Assembly (NCBI GenBank): GCA_018694835.1
Contig: JABHOG010000126.1
Coordinates: 1,765-65,764, forward strand
DNA length: 64,000 bases
Direction of reading: 5' to 3'
Source: Planctomycetota bacterium
GTDB taxonomy: Bacteria; Planctomycetota; UBA8108; UBA1146
Of the stretch, positions 60,343 through 64,000 are shown piece after piece (the stretch's first letter is position 1; each line of letters begins with the position of its first letter). The translations under genes and the position numbers were made by a program. The notes below the pieces were generated by a model. It searched no databases and had not been told where the DNA came from. It saw only the letters and a program-made list of their open reading frames with translations.

Positions 60343-60528
60343 TTAGCAGATGAAGTCGTGGGAGCGAACGGTCTTGCGCCCGTTTTGGCTGGCACGTTTC
60401 GCCGCCTGTTCGATGGCCTGGTGCAGAATCTCGTTGAGTCCGTCGAGGGCATCGCCACCGACATTGACATCGTGCTCCTTGAGTGCAGCCTTCGCTTTAC
60501 TTCCGACGAGCAGCATTTCCTTGGACAT
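60343..60528 (-). CDS. bacterial histone-fold protein (DUF1931 / Bd0055 HBb-like singlet histone)
   Basis: 61 aa: MSKEMLLVGSKAKAALKEHDVNVGGDALDGLNEILHQAIEQAAKRASQNGRKTVRSHDFIC. It follows the LVV(T/G)SK.K..LKE...N.....D.L...I.Q....A......GRKTV...D pattern of Bdellovibrio Bd0055-type histones. AAAGGGGA RBS 5 nt upstream of the ATG. Confidence 0.75.
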   Translation of the reverse strand: MSKEMLLVGSKAKAALKEHDVNVGGDALDGLNEILHQAIEQAAKRASQNGRKTVRSHDFIC

Positions 60529-60817
60529 TTAATCCCCTTTCTGAACCCGACTCGAATTCCGAAGAATCGGCCAGGCATGTGATTCCGGTAGAACCTGGTA
60601 CTTTGCTGGCTCGACGGATATCCGCACGATCCTGCCAGCGCCTTGCATATCTGCCCTCCTTTGGCATGAAGCCCGCCGCGGTGCGGGCAAGGAGTGCAGA
60701 ACTCAACTATCGGAGGATAGCCATGGATGGGCTGGGTGTAAAAGGAGTAATTTCCCCTGGGAGCCCCGAATTCTACGGGTATCCGCCGTTTGTCGGTATC
60801 ACCCTGGAATTGAGAAT

Positions 60818-60849
60818 CGCCTCGAGCTCTCAATTGGAAGCTCGAGGCG
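60818..60849 (-). terminator. hairpin terminator (11-bp perfect stem) downstream of the HADH/ECH gene
   Basis: cgcctcgagct-ctcaattgga-agctcgaggcg, ~35 nt after the stop of the 60883..62928 minus-strand gene. Confidence 0.5.
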
Positions 60850-60882
60850 GAGTTGTAACTTATTCTTTCACAGTTGCTTAGG

Positions 60883-62928
60883 TTAAGCGTGGACGAATTT
60901 CGCTGGAGTCCTGGGACCATTTTCGAGGAAGTTGGAGACGCCAATCCTCATGTCCTGGGTACCACAAACTTCCCCGAAATATCGGGCCTCCAGGGCGATT
61001 CCATCTCTCAGTGGCAAGCGACATCCTTCGACGATCGCCTTCTGAAGCACGGCATCGACGCTACGACTCAGGTGTCCGAGGTCCACTTCAGGTAAGGAAT
61101 CGGGGGTCTCCATCGGACCGCGCTGGATCGAAGGTAAGGTGGCTTCTCCAGCAAGATGAGCACGGATCAGCGCAACCGCACAGTCGCGTAGGGCTCGCGG
61201 ATCTCCCACCACCTCCTGCTGGATCAATCCGATCGCCAGAGCTTCTGCAGAGGAGACAGGGCGGCCGGTACGCATCAGTTCGGCAGCCTTCTCGACACCG
61301 ACCCAGCGCGGCAACCTCTGAGTTCCCCCGGCCCCGGGAATGATGCCGAGATTGACCTCGGGTTGTCCCACCAGGATGCGCTGATTCGCCCGCGCGATTC
61401 GAGCATTGCAGGCCATGGCGATCTCATTACCGCCGCCGAAGGCCAGGCCATTGAGTGCACAGACCACCGGCTTGGGGCAGTCCTCGATCGCCTGGATCGA
61501 CTTCTGGGAGCCTCGAGATGTGGCTTCCCCCATCGCCGGAGATTCGATCTTTGCGAGAAAGGGAACATCTGCGCCCGAAACGAAGGCCTTGATCCCGAAT
61601 CCCGAAAGCACGACACCCACGACATCATCGTCAGCAGCGATGTCGACAAAGTGCTTCTCGATCTGATCAAAAGCGGAGTTGTTCAGGGCGTTGAGTTGCT
61701 TTGGGCGGCGAATCAAGACGTGGGCGATACCATCGACGTCCTGACGCAGAACCGTTGAGATCTGGAAAGGGTGCCCCGACTTGGCCTGTTTAGAGATGCA
61801 AGCGGGCACCGGAAACTCAGCATGAACTGCAGAGTATTGCTGGACCAGTTCCAGTGCAGACTCGACCCCGATCGAGTTCATCAGGCGAAAGGGAGCTTTC
61901 ATGTCGAGTGCCATCTCGACTGCCATATCCATGTCTTCGATCGAGGAGATGCCACTGTCTACGATTTCTCCGACAATCCCAAAGAAGGATCCGAGGAGAG
62001 CATCTCGCACCTGCTGGAAAGTTTCTTCTGGAACCTCGATCTTCTCCCCACGGCCCGGGACATCCCAGGAGGTCTCGTCGGCGACTGCTCGGCGCAAGAT
62101 CTCAGGAGTGTGGTACCAGCGATGGATCTTCTCGTTGTAGTGATCGAGGCCCACCGCAGTGATCGGGTTCCCCCCTGTGAGGTTCATCGCAGTGAAGGGC
62201 CCTACCGTGTATCCCAGCACGTCACAGGCCACCTGGTCGATCTCTTTGCTGCTGGCGATACCCTGTTCTGCCAGTAGTGCGGAGGCGAGGAACATACCCT
62301 CGAAGACCGGATCGAGAGCGTAGCCGTAGCGACTGCCCACGCAAATCGGGATCTTACCGATGGCTTCGTAGAATCCCATCATGTCGTGAGCCAGTGCGCG
62401 CGAGGTGTCGGCGCCCGGTACGATTTCGACTATCGGATTCCGTTCCGCCGGGAAGAAGTAATGGACCACCATCGTACGGTTGCGACTCTCGATGCCCGCG
62501 AAGATGACCTCGGGCTCCAGGTGTGATGAGTTGGAACAGAGCACCGCATGGTCTGGTACCAGGTCGACCACCTGAGAGAAGATTCGCCCTTTCAGATCCT
62601 TGTCCTCGGTGGCCGCTTCGACCACCAGGTCACAGCCCTTGAGCTGGTCGTAATCACTGGTGAAGAGGACATTCTCCTTCATCGCCTGGCCCTGCTCGGT
62701 ACCAAAGGCTCTCGCTTCAATGCCTTTGTCGATCTTTCGGTCCAGTTTCTTTCGGCCCTTCTCAAGTGCGACAGCATCGATGTCGACGACGACGATGGGA
62801 GCTCCGAGCGGTGTGAAAACCTTGGAGAAGTGGAGCGCGATATCTGGGCCGATCTGGCCGGAACCGATGACTCCGATGCGGGTCACAGGACGGCCCTGAA
62901 TCTGGATACTCAAATTGTCAGTGGTCAT
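60883..62928 (-). CDS. bifunctional 3-hydroxyacyl-CoA dehydrogenase / enoyl-CoA hydratase (HADH N-terminal, crotonase C-terminal)
   Basis: 681 aa; N-terminal NAD-binding GVIGSGQIGPDIA plus HADH C-domain, C-terminal crotonase fold (...VVLSGFGIKAFVSGADV...). Domain order is inverted relative to FadB. Confidence 0.85.
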   Translation of the reverse strand: MTTDNLSIQIQGRPVTRIGVIGSGQIGPDIALHFSKVFTPLGAPIVVVDIDAVALEKGRKKLDRKIDKGIEARAFGTEQGQAMKENVLFTSDYDQLKGCDLVVEAATEDKDLKGRIFSQVVDLVPDHAVLCSNSSHLEPEVIFAGIESRNRTMVVHYFFPAERNPIVEIVPGADTSRALAHDMMGFYEAIGKIPICVGSRYGYALDPVFEGMFLASALLAEQGIASSKEIDQVACDVLGYTVGPFTAMNLTGGNPITAVGLDHYNEKIHRWYHTPEILRRAVADETSWDVPGRGEKIEVPEETFQQVRDALLGSFFGIVGEIVDSGISSIEDMDMAVEMALDMKAPFRLMNSIGVESALELVQQYSAVHAEFPVPACISKQAKSGHPFQISTVLRQDVDGIAHVLIRRPKQLNALNNSAFDQIEKHFVDIAADDDVVGVVLSGFGIKAFVSGADVPFLAKIESPAMGEATSRGSQKSIQAIEDCPKPVVCALNGLAFGGGNEIAMACNARIARANQRILVGQPEVNLGIIPGAGGTQRLPRWVGVEKAAELMRTGRPVSSAEALAIGLIQQEVVGDPRALRDCAVALIRAHLAGEATLPSIQRGPMETPDSLPEVDLGHLSRSVDAVLQKAIVEGCRLPLRDGIALEARYFGEVCGTQDMRIGVSNFLENGPRTPAKFVHA

Positions 62929-62994
62929 GAATCTCCTTCAATGTGGGATCAACCGAACCGGGATTGTAATGCGGGTGCAGTCCGTGGGCACACC

Positions 62995-63741
62995 CTACGC
63001 CGGATTTTTCTCGGCGATGACGAAGAGGATTCGACCGAATAGAGCCGGCGTGGAGAGGTGCAAGCGGCAGTGCTCCTGGTATCGATCCCGCTGACTTCGG
63101 GCCTTTTTGCCCAGTCCACGCATCCACATCGTCCCGGCGAGCAGAGGCACCAGAGGTGCAAAGATGAGGGATGAGGTCCGGAGGTGATTGGTTGCCAGCG
63201 ATCGAATCTGTCCACCATTGTGGTGGATGTAGTACTGGAAATGCTGAACTCCGAGGCAATTGACATGCTGGAGCCCGCTGACCTTTTTTGGATCGAAGGG
63301 TCGTCGTGCTCCGTCAGTGGTTCCATGCAAGAGATAGTGCATCCTCGATCCCAGCCCCTGGATGTTCGGTGTGCTGAAGATGGCACGGCCGCCCGGTTTC
63401 AGAACCCTGAAGATCTCGGAGAAGTAATTCTGATGGTGCTCGATATGCTCGGCGACCTCGATGGAAATGGTGCAATCGATGCTTTGATCGGGAAGCGGGA
63501 TCGATTCGTTGAGATTGCAGCCGTGATAGGGCACATCTTCCACCTGGAAGTCGAACTGAGGAAGATCGCAGGCGGTCAGATTCTGGCAGCCGTACTCCCG
63601 CATCTTGGCACAGAAAAACCCTGATCCTGCTCCGACATCCAGGATGCTGGCGCTCTTATCAGCGGGCAGCAACGGCAATAGCTTTTCATAGATGTCTGGC
63701 TGAAAGGTATTCCCCTTCAACTCACTGGAGTGCGTGACCAC
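62995..63741 (-). CDS. class I SAM-dependent methyltransferase
   Basis: 248 aa; motif I ILDVGAGSGFF, post-I acidic residue, motif LKPGGRAIFSTPN. Confidence 0.8.
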   Translation of the reverse strand: MVTHSSELKGNTFQPDIYEKLLPLLPADKSASILDVGAGSGFFCAKMREYGCQNLTACDLPQFDFQVEDVPYHGCNLNESIPLPDQSIDCTISIEVAEHIEHHQNYFSEIFRVLKPGGRAIFSTPNIQGLGSRMHYLLHGTTDGARRPFDPKKVSGLQHVNCLGVQHFQYYIHHNGGQIRSLATNHLRTSSLIFAPLVPLLAGTMWMRGLGKKARSQRDRYQEHCRLHLSTPALFGRILFVIAEKNPA

Positions 63742-63792
63742 CTTTACCTCATTTCCTGGTTCATTGCGGGTACTGGATCGGTGTTCTTCCGA

Positions 63793-64000
63793 TCAACGTA
63801 GTCGATCCCTCAGCCACTGTCCGATGTCGTTCACTTCATCTGGGTGGAGAGAATGAGCGGCGGGGTAAGTCTTCCACTCCAGTGGCCAGCCGGCTTGTTC
63901 TACCTGTCTGGCAGAAGATTCTCCCAGCGTCAGCGGAACCACCGGATCCCACTGGCCATGGCAGCACAGAAGGGGTGTCGAACCGGCCCCCTCGCCACCA
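63793..64000 (-). CDS. alpha/beta hydrolase, phospholipase/carboxylesterase family (C-terminal fragment; gene continues beyond window)
   Basis: Manual reverse translation gives ...LLCCHGQWDPVVPLTLGESSARQVEQAGWPLEWKTYPAAHSLHPDEVNDIGQWLRDRLR*, matching the C-terminal catalytic-His region of carboxylesterases (…LLCHG.DDPVVP…YPGMGHS…WL). Confidence 0.6.
   Translation of the reverse strand, partial: GGEGAGSTPLLCCHGQWDPVVPLTLGESSARQVEQAGWPLEWKTYPAAHSLHPDEVNDIGQWLRDRLR

Overview
High-GC window that looks like Planctomycetota chromosome: it carries the PSCyt/DUF1549/DUF1553 and DUF1501 gene pair, tandem GspE-family ATPases with GspF, a TAT-signal DUF1501 protein and many FtsX-type ABC permeases. Most of it is conserved housekeeping; no CRISPR, rRNA, complete tRNA or transposase/integrase genes were seen.

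Main blocks, left to right:
- M42 peptidase, RsmD, a cNMP-binding protein and an RluA-family pseudouridine synthase.
- A MacB-like ABC exporter (two FtsX permeases plus ATPase), an Fe3+-type ABC importer (binding protein, permease, ATPase), and convergent LolD/LolCE-like genes.
- Leucine-type amino-acid dehydrogenase, rnpA and yidD.
- A 956-aa radical-SAM/DUF2344 fusion with a ferredoxin, an MqnA/MqnD-family gene and an FAD-linked oxidase.
- PSCyt-DUF1553 and DUF1501 flanked by two predicted outer-membrane beta-barrels.
- Two GspE/PilB ATPases plus GspF/PilC, followed by rnr, rnhA, an FKBP PPIase and a PpiD/SurA-like chaperone.
- rpiB, a TsaC/LMW-PTP fusion, lipA, lipB, a 2-oxoacid dehydrogenase cluster (E2 with duplicated lipoyl domains, a lone E1-beta, lpdA, and a divergent fused E1 alpha/beta), and ftsH.

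The most unusual part is 52.6-60.6 kb:
- a membrane-anchored kinase-like (apparently catalytically dead) TPR protein;
- a 1.5-kb non-coding stretch with repeated motifs and a strong hairpin;
- a ~1450-aa regulator combining a STAND-type P-loop ATPase, long TPR arrays, a GAF domain, a GGDEF-like segment and a C-terminal Fis-type HTH;
- convergent to it, a 61-aa protein with a clear bacterial histone-fold (Bd0055/HBb-like, DUF1931) signature.
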